Positions 30,843-40,107 of a DNA stretch of 64,000 nt are shown here, piece by piece (positions within the stretch are counted from its first letter, which is position 1; the number at the start of each line of letters is the position of its first letter). Both the position numbers and the translations under genes were made by a program. Under the pieces are notes generated by a model. It worked only from the letters and a program-made list of their open reading frames with translations, was not told the DNA's origin and did no database searches. This stretch comes from Candidatus Obscuribacteraceae bacterium (lineage in GTDB: Bacteria; Cyanobacteriota; Vampirovibrionia; Obscuribacterales; Obscuribacteraceae). The stretch spans positions 192,001-256,000 of the forward strand of contig JBGASG010000007.1 of assembly GCA_044229845.1 (NCBI GenBank), read 5' to 3'.

Positions 30843-32522
30843 TCAAATCTGGTTGGTGCCGAACACTTCCAGGGCTGACTGCGCCGCTCGTTTCTTCCTC
30901 TGCCCCGGTTCGGCAAGGTGCTCGGACATCATGGCTTTGTAGAACTCCTGGTCGAAATCGCGAGCCCGAACCACCACCGGCATCGGCACCGCGTAACCGA
31001 GCACGAGCGCTTGCTGCTTGGGATCGAGCTGGGCAAGCACCGTGCGCAGTGTCTGGCTGCCGGCAACGCCTGTGAACACCGCGTCAATATCCTTGTCGTC
31101 GTTGAGCAGGGCCGTCACGCGCGTCCCGATCTGAGAGAGAATTTCCGGATCGATGCCGCTCGGCCTTTGATCGACGATCAACAGGGTGACGAAATACTTG
31201 CGCATTTCTCGGGCGATGATCCCGAAGATGGTTTGTTTGGCCACTTGTGGTGCCAAAAACTTGTGCGCTTCTTCGATGACGATCATCAATTTGCGCGGCG
31301 CTGCCGTCTTCTCGGGATTGGCCTGATGCAACTCGGAGAGGCGCACATACTGGCTGTGAATGCGGCGGGTGATGATATTGGTGGCCAGCATGTAGGAGAG
31401 CAGGTTGTTCTGCCGTCCGAACTCGAGCACGATGTGCTTGCCTGATTGCACATAGCGCAGCAGATCCTCGATGTAGTTGTGCGGTGCTCGCGGCATGAGA
31501 TAGGCTGTCTTCTGAACAATTGTGTTCAGTCGGCGCTGCAGAGTTTTGATGGCGGAAGGATGCCCCTTGTTCATTTCGACGAACTCTTCGATCTCTTCGC
31601 CGGTCATGTCCAGCAAAAGCGAGATCCAGTCCTGTCCCAGGCGTTCTTTAACGATATAGGCATTTTCTATCGCTGCGTCGGTGAGCGCCAGCTCTCCTTT
31701 CAGAAGTTCGAGATCTTCGATTTCGATCTGGTCGTAGCCGATGAAAAATTCGTGCACGTCAGGCAGTCCGCGGGCTTTCGAAGACTCGCTGTCCAGGCTG
31801 AAGACGGCCACATCCGGTCCGAAAAGTTGTTTCAGTCCTTTGACGCGCGGCTGTCCTTTATTTTCCGACATGGCTTGCCAGCCGTATTCGTTGTGCATAT
31901 CGAAAATCAAGACGGATGCCAGATCTTTTTTGATCACGCCGCAGAGGAAGATGCGTGTAAGAAACGACTTGCCGGTTCCTGACTTGCCAAAGATGCCGTT
32001 GGAACGCTCAATAAAGCGTTCAAGATCGACGCAAATCGGAATCTCCATGTTCAACGGGCGACCGATGTTGAAGAAACTATTGGTACTACCGGCGGTGTTA
32101 TCTTCCTGACCGAAAACGAGAGCGAAGTCTTCCTTGCTGGCTTCGAATACCGGCGAGAAATGGCTGGGGATAGTTTTCACCGGGCGCAGGTTGAGTTCGC
32201 CTGCCGCCGACAGCTCCAGCATCAGCATCGGCTGCACTTTCACGGTACCGTAAGTGGCAACGCCGGAAAGGACATCAAGAACGAAGTCATCCGGATCTCG
32301 CAGCATTTGCGGGTTACTGAGCATTTGTGCGTTGGTGGCAGATAAAGAAACGTCGGTCAGCATACTGAAGAACCGCGTTTGTCGTCCTTCGACCACGACA
32401 AATCGGCCGACCCGCAAATCTTCGACGCTGACGCTGTGATCGAGGCGCATTTCCAGCCCCGTGGACAGCGCCCCCGCGGTGATTATGCCGATTTGATCCA
32501 ACTTTGCTCTTTTTTTACGCAA
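30843..32522 (-). CDS. HerA/DUF87-family ATPase
   Basis: N-terminal HAS-barrel-like region, GKSGTGKS, FDMHNEYG, IEEAHKF, REMRK and DQRPS. Confidence 0.9.
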   Translation of the reverse strand: MRKKRAKLDQIGIITAGALSTGLEMRLDHSVSVEDLRVGRFVVVEGRQTRFFSMLTDVSLSATNAQMLSNPQMLRDPDDFVLDVLSGVATYGTVKVQPMLMLELSAAGELNLRPVKTIPSHFSPVFEASKEDFALVFGQEDNTAGSTNSFFNIGRPLNMEIPICVDLERFIERSNGIFGKSGTGKSFLTRIFLCGVIKKDLASVLIFDMHNEYGWQAMSENKGQPRVKGLKQLFGPDVAVFSLDSESSKARGLPDVHEFFIGYDQIEIEDLELLKGELALTDAAIENAYIVKERLGQDWISLLLDMTGEEIEEFVEMNKGHPSAIKTLQRRLNTIVQKTAYLMPRAPHNYIEDLLRYVQSGKHIVLEFGRQNNLLSYMLATNIITRRIHSQYVRLSELHQANPEKTAAPRKLMIVIEEAHKFLAPQVAKQTIFGIIAREMRKYFVTLLIVDQRPSGIDPEILSQIGTRVTALLNDDKDIDAVFTGVAGSQTLRTVLAQLDPKQQALVLGYAVPMPVVVRARDFDQEFYKAMMSEHLAEPGQRKKRAAQSALEVFGTNQI

Positions 32523-32523
32523 C

Positions 32524-32793
32524 TTATGCTTTTACGGCAAAGCCGAGGAGTCGTGCGAACTCCTGCACGGCGGCTTTCTTCTGGTCGCCGGGGAAAGTTC
32601 TGGTTCGCAGCACCTTTGCTTCGTCCTCTCCTTCGTACTCAGTGAGTGTGTAGACGAGTGGCTCATTCAGGCTGCGTTCAAGCTTCAGCAAATTGCCGTC
32701 GGTGCCGGTGGCGCCCACCAATCCCCAGGTGCCGTCCAGCGACTTGACGATGTCTTCAACTGTGTGGGGCCATTGCGGTCTCATGATTGCCAT
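32524..32793 (-). CDS. Small hypothetical protein co-oriented with herA
   Basis: ATG 32793 after GGAGG; the stop lies 1 nt from the herA start. Confidence 0.7.
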   Translation of the reverse strand: MAIMRPQWPHTVEDIVKSLDGTWGLVGATGTDGNLLKLERSLNEPLVYTLTEYEGEDEAKVLRTRTFPGDQKKAAVQEFARLLGFAVKA

Positions 32794-32905
32794 CTCTTTC
32801 AAACCTCCAAGTGCTTTAGAAGTCCTCGGTCTTATCTGAAGCCCCACGCTCGCAGCAGCCGAGCATATGGGCTTTCGGTCAGGTACCCGCAATAAGGAAA
32901 GAAAC

Positions 32906-32985
<80 letters not shown>

Positions 32986-33326
32986 TCGACTGGGATTACA
33001 TACTATAACAGTCTGCCCTAAATTCTCTACTCTATATGAGCGAGTTTTTTTGCAATTTAAATGGCGTAGAATGAACTGAGGACCTCATTCCAAGCTGAGC
33101 TCGAGGTGAGCTTGAAGCTGAGACGGAATGCCCGATTCACATAAGCGGCTCCCGGGGGGACCCGTCATCCAGCCAGTCACCATGCGGCAATTGCTGCTTG
33201 CAGTCGGCGATGATCGCAGCGGCCGAGTGCCGAAACCCGCAACAGATGGCAATATTTTATCTTCTCAACAGGTTAAACAAGTGCGAATGGGCATAAATAC
33301 ATTAATCAATACCGGGAAGTCCCACC

Positions 33327-33854
33327 ATGATTGAAATGCACGTTGCTGGGATTGCGCTGGATGCTCGCAACGGGCATCCTATCGTCGTTTTGAACGACCC
33401 CAGCAAGCGGCGTGCTCTGCCCATCTGGATCGGCATGTTCGAAGCCAATGCTATCACCCGCGCTCTGGACAACTACAAACCGGAACGCCCGATGACGCAT
33501 GATCTTTTGCTGGCAGCCATCACCCAGCTGGGGTTCAGGGTCAAGCACATTGAAATCAACGAACTGTCGGCCAACACCTATTTCGCGACGATAGTTTTGC
33601 AGGTCAACGATCCCACCAACAAAGTGTCCGACATTACCAAGCCCATCGATGCAAGGCCGTCCGATGCGATTGCGCTGGCATTGCGGGCCAAAGCTCCGAT
33701 TTTTGTTTCACCGCAAGTGGTGGCCGAAGGCACGATACCGGCTGACTTCGAACGCGATGAAGCGGAAGCGGAAGAGTTCAAGGCATTTATCGAGAATTTG
33801 AAAGCGTCGGATTTCCAGCCGGGCGGCGAAGGCAAACCGGGCAACGGCGATTAA
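33327..33854 (+). CDS. Bifunctional nuclease family (DUF151)
   Basis: LPIWIG..EANAI, RPMTHDL and IDARPSDAIALALR. Confidence 0.93.
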   Translation: MIEMHVAGIALDARNGHPIVVLNDPSKRRALPIWIGMFEANAITRALDNYKPERPMTHDLLLAAITQLGFRVKHIEINELSANTYFATIVLQVNDPTNKVSDITKPIDARPSDAIALALRAKAPIFVSPQVVAEGTIPADFERDEAEAEEFKAFIENLKASDFQPGGEGKPGNGD

Positions 33855-33859
33855 TAGAT

Positions 33860-34213
33860 TCAACTGCTGCTGCGCTTGAGTGCCTGTTTGAGCGCCGATT
33901 CCAGCGTTTGTATTTTTGCTTCCAGCTGTTTTTCGCGATCGCTTTGTACCGAAACTGCCAGTTTTTGATCTTGCACTTCCCAGTCCGAAAGCGTCTTGTC
34001 CTGGACCACCTTTTGCTGGCGCAAAAGAAATCCGGCGCCACCAAATGCGAGGCAAGCGACCAGATACGAAATCAGCATGCCGGTGCCCAGTGTCATGCTG
34101 ATCGAGGCGCCGAAAATGTTCGCGGATACAGCTGAGCCGTTCATGATTGTAAGTGTGCCGACGATCACCATAGAAACGGCAATCAATAGAATGGCGAGCA
34201 GTTGTCGGGACAT
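33860..34213 (-). CDS. Small membrane protein (LapA-like, two TM plus coiled coil)
   Basis: Two TM segments and a C-terminal coiled coil; ATG 34213 after AGGAG. Confidence 0.7.
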   Translation of the reverse strand: MSRQLLAILLIAVSMVIVGTLTIMNGSAVSANIFGASISMTLGTGMLISYLVACLAFGGAGFLLRQQKVVQDKTLSDWEVQDQKLAVSVQSDREKQLEAKIQTLESALKQALKRSSS

Positions 34214-34379
34214 AGAGCGCTCCTGAGTCCTTGATTGGTGGTCCGCATTGGCCAAGGTGATTTTAGCAGGCTGACAGGTACCTGGCTCCGGCGCTGCGCT
34301 TGCGCACGCACTGTGTTTCAGCGTCTTCCGCTGATGGCGCGGGGCGGTTGCACCTGCAATCTTCTTTCATGAAGATCGG

Positions 34380-35324
34380 TTACCGCAGCGCTGCCAGCAG
34401 CTGTTCCAGGTCGGCTGGCAGAGGACAGGCAAACTGCATTTGGCGGTCGTCGATCGGGTGGCGGAAGGCGATGAAACTGGAGTGCAGCGCGTGACCTTTG
34501 ATGCCGAGTTGCTTGCGCGCCTGCTCGCTGCCCGTGGACTTGCGGTTGTAAATCAGGTCGCCGACCAGGGGCGCACCAACGCTCGCCATGTGCACTCTGA
34601 TCTGGTGCGTGCGGCCGGTTTCGAGCTTGGCTTCGATCTGGCACCATTTATGCCCGGTACGCAATGTTTGATAGTGTGTGACAGCGCGCTTTCCGCCCTC
34701 GACGACGGACATCTTCTTGCGATCGGTCGGGTGGCGGCCGATTGGTTTATCGATGGTGGCATCTGGCGGTACCGGGATGCCTTCCAGCACGGCCAGATAA
34801 ACGCGACTGACAGTGCGCTTTTCGATGGCAGCCGCCAGTGCATGATGAGCGCGATCCGACTTAGCCACAAGCATGACGCCGGAGGTGTCTTTGTCCAGGC
34901 GATGCACGATGCCCGGGCGCAGCACGCCTCCGATGCCGGAAAGTGTGTTTCCGCAGTGATACAACAGCGCGTTGACGAGAGTGCCCGTATTCACGCCGGC
35001 GCCGGGATGAGTGACCATGCCGGCCGGTTTGTTGACGACGATCAGGTGCTGGTCTTCAAACAATACATCCAGTGGAATGTCCTCGGCCGGTAAGGCCAGT
35101 TCCAGCCCGCCCGGCACAATCACCGAAACCAATTCGCCGCCCAGTAATTTGGCAGCCGCTTTGCTTGGTTTGCCGTTTAACAGCACCAGTCCATCGGAGA
35201 TCAGTTTTTGCACGCGAGACCGGCTCATTTCCTCGCCCTGGAAAAACTGCACCAGAAACTGGTCCAGGCGGGAAGCATCCTCCAGATCATCGACGGCAAT
35301 CTCGAAAGTGCGCTCTTCAGGCAT
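34380..35324 (-). CDS. rluD: RluA-family pseudouridine synthase (RluD-like)
   Basis: S4 domain RLDQFL, VNKPAGM, HRLDKDTSG and TGRTHQIRVH. Confidence 0.92.
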   Translation of the reverse strand: MPEERTFEIAVDDLEDASRLDQFLVQFFQGEEMSRSRVQKLISDGLVLLNGKPSKAAAKLLGGELVSVIVPGGLELALPAEDIPLDVLFEDQHLIVVNKPAGMVTHPGAGVNTGTLVNALLYHCGNTLSGIGGVLRPGIVHRLDKDTSGVMLVAKSDRAHHALAAAIEKRTVSRVYLAVLEGIPVPPDATIDKPIGRHPTDRKKMSVVEGGKRAVTHYQTLRTGHKWCQIEAKLETGRTHQIRVHMASVGAPLVGDLIYNRKSTGSEQARKQLGIKGHALHSSFIAFRHPIDDRQMQFACPLPADLEQLLAALR

Positions 35325-35850
35325 CTTTCGGATCCTGTGTGATGGCCTCTTCCTGGGCTTGGCGTTCCGGCGTTTGCGGCGGAGCGCGAAACGCTTGAAT
35401 AAACAGCAAGCCGATGCCCACGTCGATGATGGCATCGGCAAAATTGAAAACCGGAAACTGCACGAATGCAAATTCTATAAAGTCGGTCACGCGGCCGGCC
35501 GTAAACCGATCGACAAGGTTGCCGGCGGCCCCGCCCAGAATCAAGCCCAGTCCGATGCTTTCCAGTGGGGCGGGCGGATCTCTCCGGCGCTCGCGGTGAT
35601 AGATCCAGTAAACGATGGCGGCGCACACTGATATCGCCAGTAGTGTCATAAATTCTTTGGAGTTCTTGCCTATTCCGAAGGCCCCGCCAGTATTGGTGGT
35701 GAGCACAAACTGCAGGAATCCCGGTATAAAGGACTGGCGCATGCCTTCCTGTAAGCAGCTGCGCGCCCATACCTTGGTCGAGAAGTCCACGGCGGTCGTG
35801 GCCAGAGCTACTGCCGCAGTGATGCCCCATCTCTGTTTGGCGGTTTGCAT
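35317..35850 (-). CDS. lspA: Lipoprotein signal peptidase II
   Basis: NTGGAFG, GAAGNLVDR, VTDFI and FPVFNFAD. Confidence 0.95.
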   Translation of the reverse strand: MQTAKQRWGITAAVALATTAVDFSTKVWARSCLQEGMRQSFIPGFLQFVLTTNTGGAFGIGKNSKEFMTLLAISVCAAIVYWIYHRERRRDPPAPLESIGLGLILGGAAGNLVDRFTAGRVTDFIEFAFVQFPVFNFADAIIDVGIGLLFIQAFRAPPQTPERQAQEEAITQDPKDA

Positions 35851-35888
35851 GGCTTACACTGAGTAATGGTTTGCGTTGTTTTCGCCGG

Positions 35889-36896
35889 CTATTTGGGCAG
35901 CTCCGGCGCTTTCTTCTCGGTAGTGCTGGTGGCGGTGCTGGTGGCATCGATGGACTTCTCTTCGTCCATGTGCGGCACCACATTCAGCCGCCTGGTCAAG
36001 AAAGCAATGCCTTTCAGAGAACTCTTAGATGAGTCCGTCAAGCCGATGGTGGCCATGAGCAACTCATTGCGGTTTTTTAGATTGGCGGTCATCACGCGCT
36101 CAAGCAGGGGGTGATCGATGGTCGGCTCATTCATCGGGCGCCAGGCGTCGCTGGGTTGCGGCTGCGGATATTGGAGCGGTGTGCTGGTGATCGAGCCGAC
36201 GGCGCTCAGTCCTGGTTCCAGATTCAGCTCCAGGCGAGCTGTGTAGTTGCGGTTGGCTTTCACCTGTTCCGGTGCGGCGAATACGGCTTGCAGCTGGCGA
36301 GCCAGTCCAAATGCCACTTTCACTTTCTCGTAATCGATGCGGTCACCGATAATTTTCCAGGCCGCACCCTGTTTCTTCAGGTAGAGCTGTCCTTCGGATA
36401 CCGATTGCAACTCGCCCTTGGTGCCGATGCCGGGCATTTCTTTAGCGGTGGTGCCGGTGGCCATGTCTCGCGACTCGACGGTGGCAAAGCCGCCTTCGAC
36501 TCTGATTTGTTTGGTAACCGAAGAAGATTTGGCATCCGGATAAGTTTTCCAGAAGTCCTGCGTGAGAGCGCTCACAGCCTTCTTATCCAGGCCGTCGTTG
36601 TTCATGTAATCGTCGGCGTAATAACCCATGACGCTGTCGAGATTGTGCTCGTTCCATTCCTTCTCGATGGTGGAGAGTAATTTCTCGATATCGCTTTTTT
36701 CGCTGTCAGTCTTGGGGATGGCGACGTCCGGCTCGCCTGCGGAGGTCTCGCTGGATGTTGCGGATCTGGTCTCGGCGGCAGCGGCCGGTCTGGGTGATGC
36801 CTGCCCATTGTCATCCGCCGCGAGAGTCGGCAGAGACAGCGAACTGCACATCAGGGCGCCGAGCGCCAGTAGCTTCACGCGACGCAGTTCGACCAC
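35889..36896 (-). CDS. Exported NTF2/SnoaL-like domain protein
   Basis: Signal peptide; WNEHNLDSVMGYYADDY.NNDGL is typical of NTF2-like folds. Confidence 0.75.
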   Translation of the reverse strand: MVELRRVKLLALGALMCSSLSLPTLAADDNGQASPRPAAAAETRSATSSETSAGEPDVAIPKTDSEKSDIEKLLSTIEKEWNEHNLDSVMGYYADDYMNNDGLDKKAVSALTQDFWKTYPDAKSSSVTKQIRVEGGFATVESRDMATGTTAKEMPGIGTKGELQSVSEGQLYLKKQGAAWKIIGDRIDYEKVKVAFGLARQLQAVFAAPEQVKANRNYTARLELNLEPGLSAVGSITSTPLQYPQPQPSDAWRPMNEPTIDHPLLERVMTANLKNRNELLMATIGLTDSSKSSLKGIAFLTRRLNVVPHMDEEKSIDATSTATSTTEKKAPELPK

Positions 36897-37109
36897 AGGT
36901 TCCTCCAGTTGAAGTCAGTGACATTATACAGAGGTAGAAGCTGGCGCGCTCTGGAGCGAGTTTCATCTCGCCCCAGAACCGGGTTTGGTGCCAGTGCAAT
37001 GCCGACAGGCTGAACCGGCTCGCCGCCGCCCGCTCACGCGTATCCGATCGGTTTGGTTTCGGCTCGATGTCAGCCGTACCGGTCTTCTGGAGCCCGGTGA
37101 GCGACCTGA

Positions 37110-38048
37110 CTAGACTGCGACGAGCAGCTTATCCATCGCGGAGATGTTCTCCTTGATGCTCTCTGCCGATTTCTTCAGAGCTGCCACTTCCGCATCCGTC
37201 AGCTTGAGCTCGAGAATCTTCTTGACGCCTTCGCGACCGAGGGTGGCCGGCAGTCCGACGTAGACATCCTTGAGCCCGTGTTGACCGTCTGCGTAGACGC
37301 AGCAGGGAAGCAACCGATTAGAATCTTTGAGAATCGCTTCTACCATCACGGTAGCCGAGGCTCCCGGCGCGTAGTAGGCGCTGCCTGTGCCGAGCAGCTT
37401 GACGATTTCGGCGCCGCCGTCGCGGGTGCGCTGTGATAGAGCTTCCACGCGCTCAGCAGACATCAGTTCGGTGATTGGTACGCCGTTCACTGTTGAGTAG
37501 CGCGGCAGAGGCACCATCAGGTCTCCGTGTCCGCCCAGAACCATGGCGCGCACGTCGGTGACCGAACAGTTCAATTCCATCCCGATAAACGATTGGAAAC
37601 GGGCGCTGTCCAGTACGCCCGCCATACCCACCACGCGGCTGGTCGGCAACTTGGTTGTTTTCCAGGTGAGGTAAGTCATCACATCCAGCGGATTGGTGAC
37701 GCAGATAAAGATGGCATCCGGCGAGTGTTTGAGCAGATTCTCGCTGACATCGCGGACGATTTTGGCATTGATTTTGAGCAAGTCGTCGCGGCTCATTCCG
37801 GGCTTGCGGGCTACGCCGGCTGTGATTACGACTACATCCGAACCTTTCGTGTCTTTGTAGTCATTGGTTCCATGAATCTTGCGGTCGTGTCCATGAATCG
37901 GAGCCGCTTCCATCAAATCGAGGGACTTGCCCTGGGGAATGCCTTCCAAGATGTCGATCAAAACGACATCGGCAATATCTTTTTCGGCTACATACTGAGC
38001 GGTTGTTGCTCCAACGAAGCCTGCTCCGACAACGGTAACTTTGCTCAC
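37110..38048 (-). CDS. mdh: Malate dehydrogenase (LDH-like)
   Basis: GAGFVG, TAGVARKPGMSRDDL, VTNPLD, LGGHGD and GSAYYAP; GTG after GGGAGG. Confidence 0.96.
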   Translation of the reverse strand: MSKVTVVGAGFVGATTAQYVAEKDIADVVLIDILEGIPQGKSLDLMEAAPIHGHDRKIHGTNDYKDTKGSDVVVITAGVARKPGMSRDDLLKINAKIVRDVSENLLKHSPDAIFICVTNPLDVMTYLTWKTTKLPTSRVVGMAGVLDSARFQSFIGMELNCSVTDVRAMVLGGHGDLMVPLPRYSTVNGVPITELMSAERVEALSQRTRDGGAEIVKLLGTGSAYYAPGASATVMVEAILKDSNRLLPCCVYADGQHGLKDVYVGLPATLGREGVKKILELKLTDAEVAALKKSAESIKENISAMDKLLVAV

Positions 38049-38087
38049 AATCACACCCTCCCTGGTGCGCCGCCGTCTGACTCCGTA

Positions 38088-38108
38088 AATCTCAACCGAT
38101 ATCGGTTG
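38088..38108. repeat. Palindromic repeat copy 2
   Basis: AATCTCAACCGATATCGGTTG, about 40 bp upstream of the mdh start. Confidence 0.92.
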
Positions 38109-38376
38109 GCGTTTTTGGCGGCTGGCAAATTTCTCTGGGAGCGTCAATTTACCACGTGATACAGGGATATCCCAGCCATGAGTACAGATCCCGTTATTTT
38201 TGATTCTTTACGACTTTGGTTAAAACCGCCTGGCAGCCGGGCGGGAAATTTCAGTCCATGGCATTCTGTATTTCATGGGGCGCGAGTGGTGAAAACACTG
38301 CTGTAATCGCGCGAAATGGACTTTAGGATATAGAATACAAGTAGTTCTTTGCGGAGAACTCGGACAGGAGGAGTTA

Positions 38377-39075
38377 GTGAGGCTGCCAGTTCTGTTGGAC
38401 CATACGAAACGGACATGGACTAGCGTGACCAGCGCATCCCTGCTGGTTCTTTCGCTTGCTTACCCGACCCTGACTCTGGCAGCAGATACAGCTGACCTAA
38501 AACCGCTGTCCCCTAAAGTGGACACCTCAACTCCTATCGATGCCCCGAAGAAGTTGCGCCCGCTCATGGGTTCTGTCCAGCATAGCGATAGAGTGCACTC
38601 AGGAACCACCGTCAACAAAGCCGCAAAGCTGAATGCCAACGCATCGAGCACCCAGGCGAAGGCTGGACTGAAAAACCTGATGAACGCCCTCAAGGCGCGA
38701 ACAGACGACAATACGCTGAAAGCGAAAGTCAAGGATGACCAGCTTAAAGCCCAGGCTCAATCGAGTTTCGGCATTATAGGCGTGAAATTCGTGCTCACCC
38801 TGGGGCACCCGCCTGTCATCAACCGAGTCTTTCCAGGTACGCCTGCCTGGGACAAAGGTCTTAAATTCGACGATCAGATAGTTGCGGTCGACGGCGTTCC
38901 AACGCTGGGGCTCACCAAAGACGAGGTTTATGACCTGATCATCGGCAGTCCCGGAACTCCGGTGGCACTTACCATCATGCGCAATGGCGACTTTATGCGT
39001 TGTACCTGTATGCGCATGGACATCAACGAAATTCGCGACCCTCTGGTTCGGCGCGACTACATGATGCACATGTAG
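38377..39075 (+). CDS. Exported PDZ-domain protein
   Basis: Signal peptide; FGIIGV...VFPGTPA...GLKFDDQIVAVDG; AGGAGGAG ribosome-binding site. Confidence 0.85.
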   Translation: MRLPVLLDHTKRTWTSVTSASLLVLSLAYPTLTLAADTADLKPLSPKVDTSTPIDAPKKLRPLMGSVQHSDRVHSGTTVNKAAKLNANASSTQAKAGLKNLMNALKARTDDNTLKAKVKDDQLKAQAQSSFGIIGVKFVLTLGHPPVINRVFPGTPAWDKGLKFDDQIVAVDGVPTLGLTKDEVYDLIIGSPGTPVALTIMRNGDFMRCTCMRMDINEIRDPLVRRDYMMHM

Positions 39076-39112
39076 GTTCAATTTTTCAGTGTTTTTGCAT
39101 ACCCGCTTCTGA

Positions 39113-39160
39113 AACTCAACCGATATCGGTTGAGTTCCGCGATCTGAACCGATATCGGTT
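39113..39160. repeat. Palindromic repeat copies 3 and 4 (tandem pair)
   Basis: AACTCAACCGATATCGGTTGAGTT (39113-39136) and ATCTGAACCGATATCGGTT (39142-39160). Confidence 0.93.
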
Positions 39161-39191
39161 GGGGTTGAGGCGACGGGGGATATAATATCCC

Positions 39192-40070
39192 GTGATGAAA
39201 CTGTGTATAGATGCCACCAGATTTGGTTTCGGGCTGATCGAAGCAGTAGAACTGGCTGCCATGAAGGGCGCTCAGGCTGTCGAATATGCCTTTGAGCCCT
39301 TCGAGACGGGCTCCAAAGGTGGTGCGACGCTGTCGGCGCAGGAAAAAACCTATTTGCAGCAGGTGCGAACTCAGTGCCAGCGTCTGGAAGTTGAAATCGC
39401 ATGCCTGCGTCTTAATACCTGGCTGAATGTGACGGACAAAAAAGCAGTCAAGCATTTTCAGCAAATGATGAAGAAGCTGGGGCGCGTTGCCGATGTCGCG
39501 GGCTGCTCCCGTCTGGCTATTTCGCTCCAACCCATGAGTGAGGATCAGTGGATCAACCTGGCCGTGACAGCGCTGACGCCGGTGATTGCCGATCTGGATA
39601 AAAACAACGTCAAATTGCTGCTTTCGCTGGCCACCCCGCAGGTTAATCTGGGGCAACCGCTGCGCAGCTGGCGCCCGCTGGAGCCCCACGAGGTGCGCAA
39701 TTTGCTCGCCGAATTGCCGGGGCTGTCTCTATCGTTTTCAGCAGCGGACATGGCGTGGCAGAACATCGACTACTTGCAACTGCTGCCGCATTTTGTTGCG
39801 GCGATTGAACACGTGGAAGCCAATGACGTTGAGATCAATCGAGCGATGCTGGCCGACAGCGGTCTGTTCGGTCCTCTCTGGTGGCGCTATCGGATGCCAG
39901 GAAAGGGGCAGATCGACTGGAGACAACTGGTGGAGGCGCTCAAGCTGTATGACTACAAGGGCACCTTGTCCATTCATATCGAGGATGAGTTTGCCGGCGA
40001 ATCGATCCAGGATCTTGAAGACTCGCTGGAGACTAGCGTAAAATTCTTGCGCCCACTGCTCAAGTATTGA
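39192..40070 (+). CDS. Sugar phosphate isomerase/epimerase (xylose-isomerase-like TIM barrel)
   Basis: C-terminal WWRYRMPGKGQIDW...YKGTLSIHIED. Confidence 0.8.
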   Translation: MMKLCIDATRFGFGLIEAVELAAMKGAQAVEYAFEPFETGSKGGATLSAQEKTYLQQVRTQCQRLEVEIACLRLNTWLNVTDKKAVKHFQQMMKKLGRVADVAGCSRLAISLQPMSEDQWINLAVTALTPVIADLDKNNVKLLLSLATPQVNLGQPLRSWRPLEPHEVRNLLAELPGLSLSFSAADMAWQNIDYLQLLPHFVAAIEHVEANDVEINRAMLADSGLFGPLWWRYRMPGKGQIDWRQLVEALKLYDYKGTLSIHIEDEFAGESIQDLEDSLETSVKFLRPLLKY

Positions 40071-40107
40071 TATTACAGATGGTGTCAGACGACCGACGGG
40101 GCGTGTT

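Noticed and set aside
33060..33326. Possible ncRNA upstream of the DUF151 gene
   Set aside because: Only weak hairpins; no recognisable SRP, 6S, tmRNA or riboswitch motif.
38049..38147. N-terminal extension of mdh (and likewise lipA 49664-49696 and the glycosylase 44112-44201) running into the palindrome
   Set aside because: Better starts with ribosome-binding sites or family-typical N-termini lie downstream; the recurring QPISV/LNRYRL peptides in the ORF track are translations of the non-coding repeat.
39113..39160. Palindrome copies as a CRISPR array
   Set aside because: Only two adjacent copies with a few bases between them; the others are kilobases apart, and no cas genes are present.
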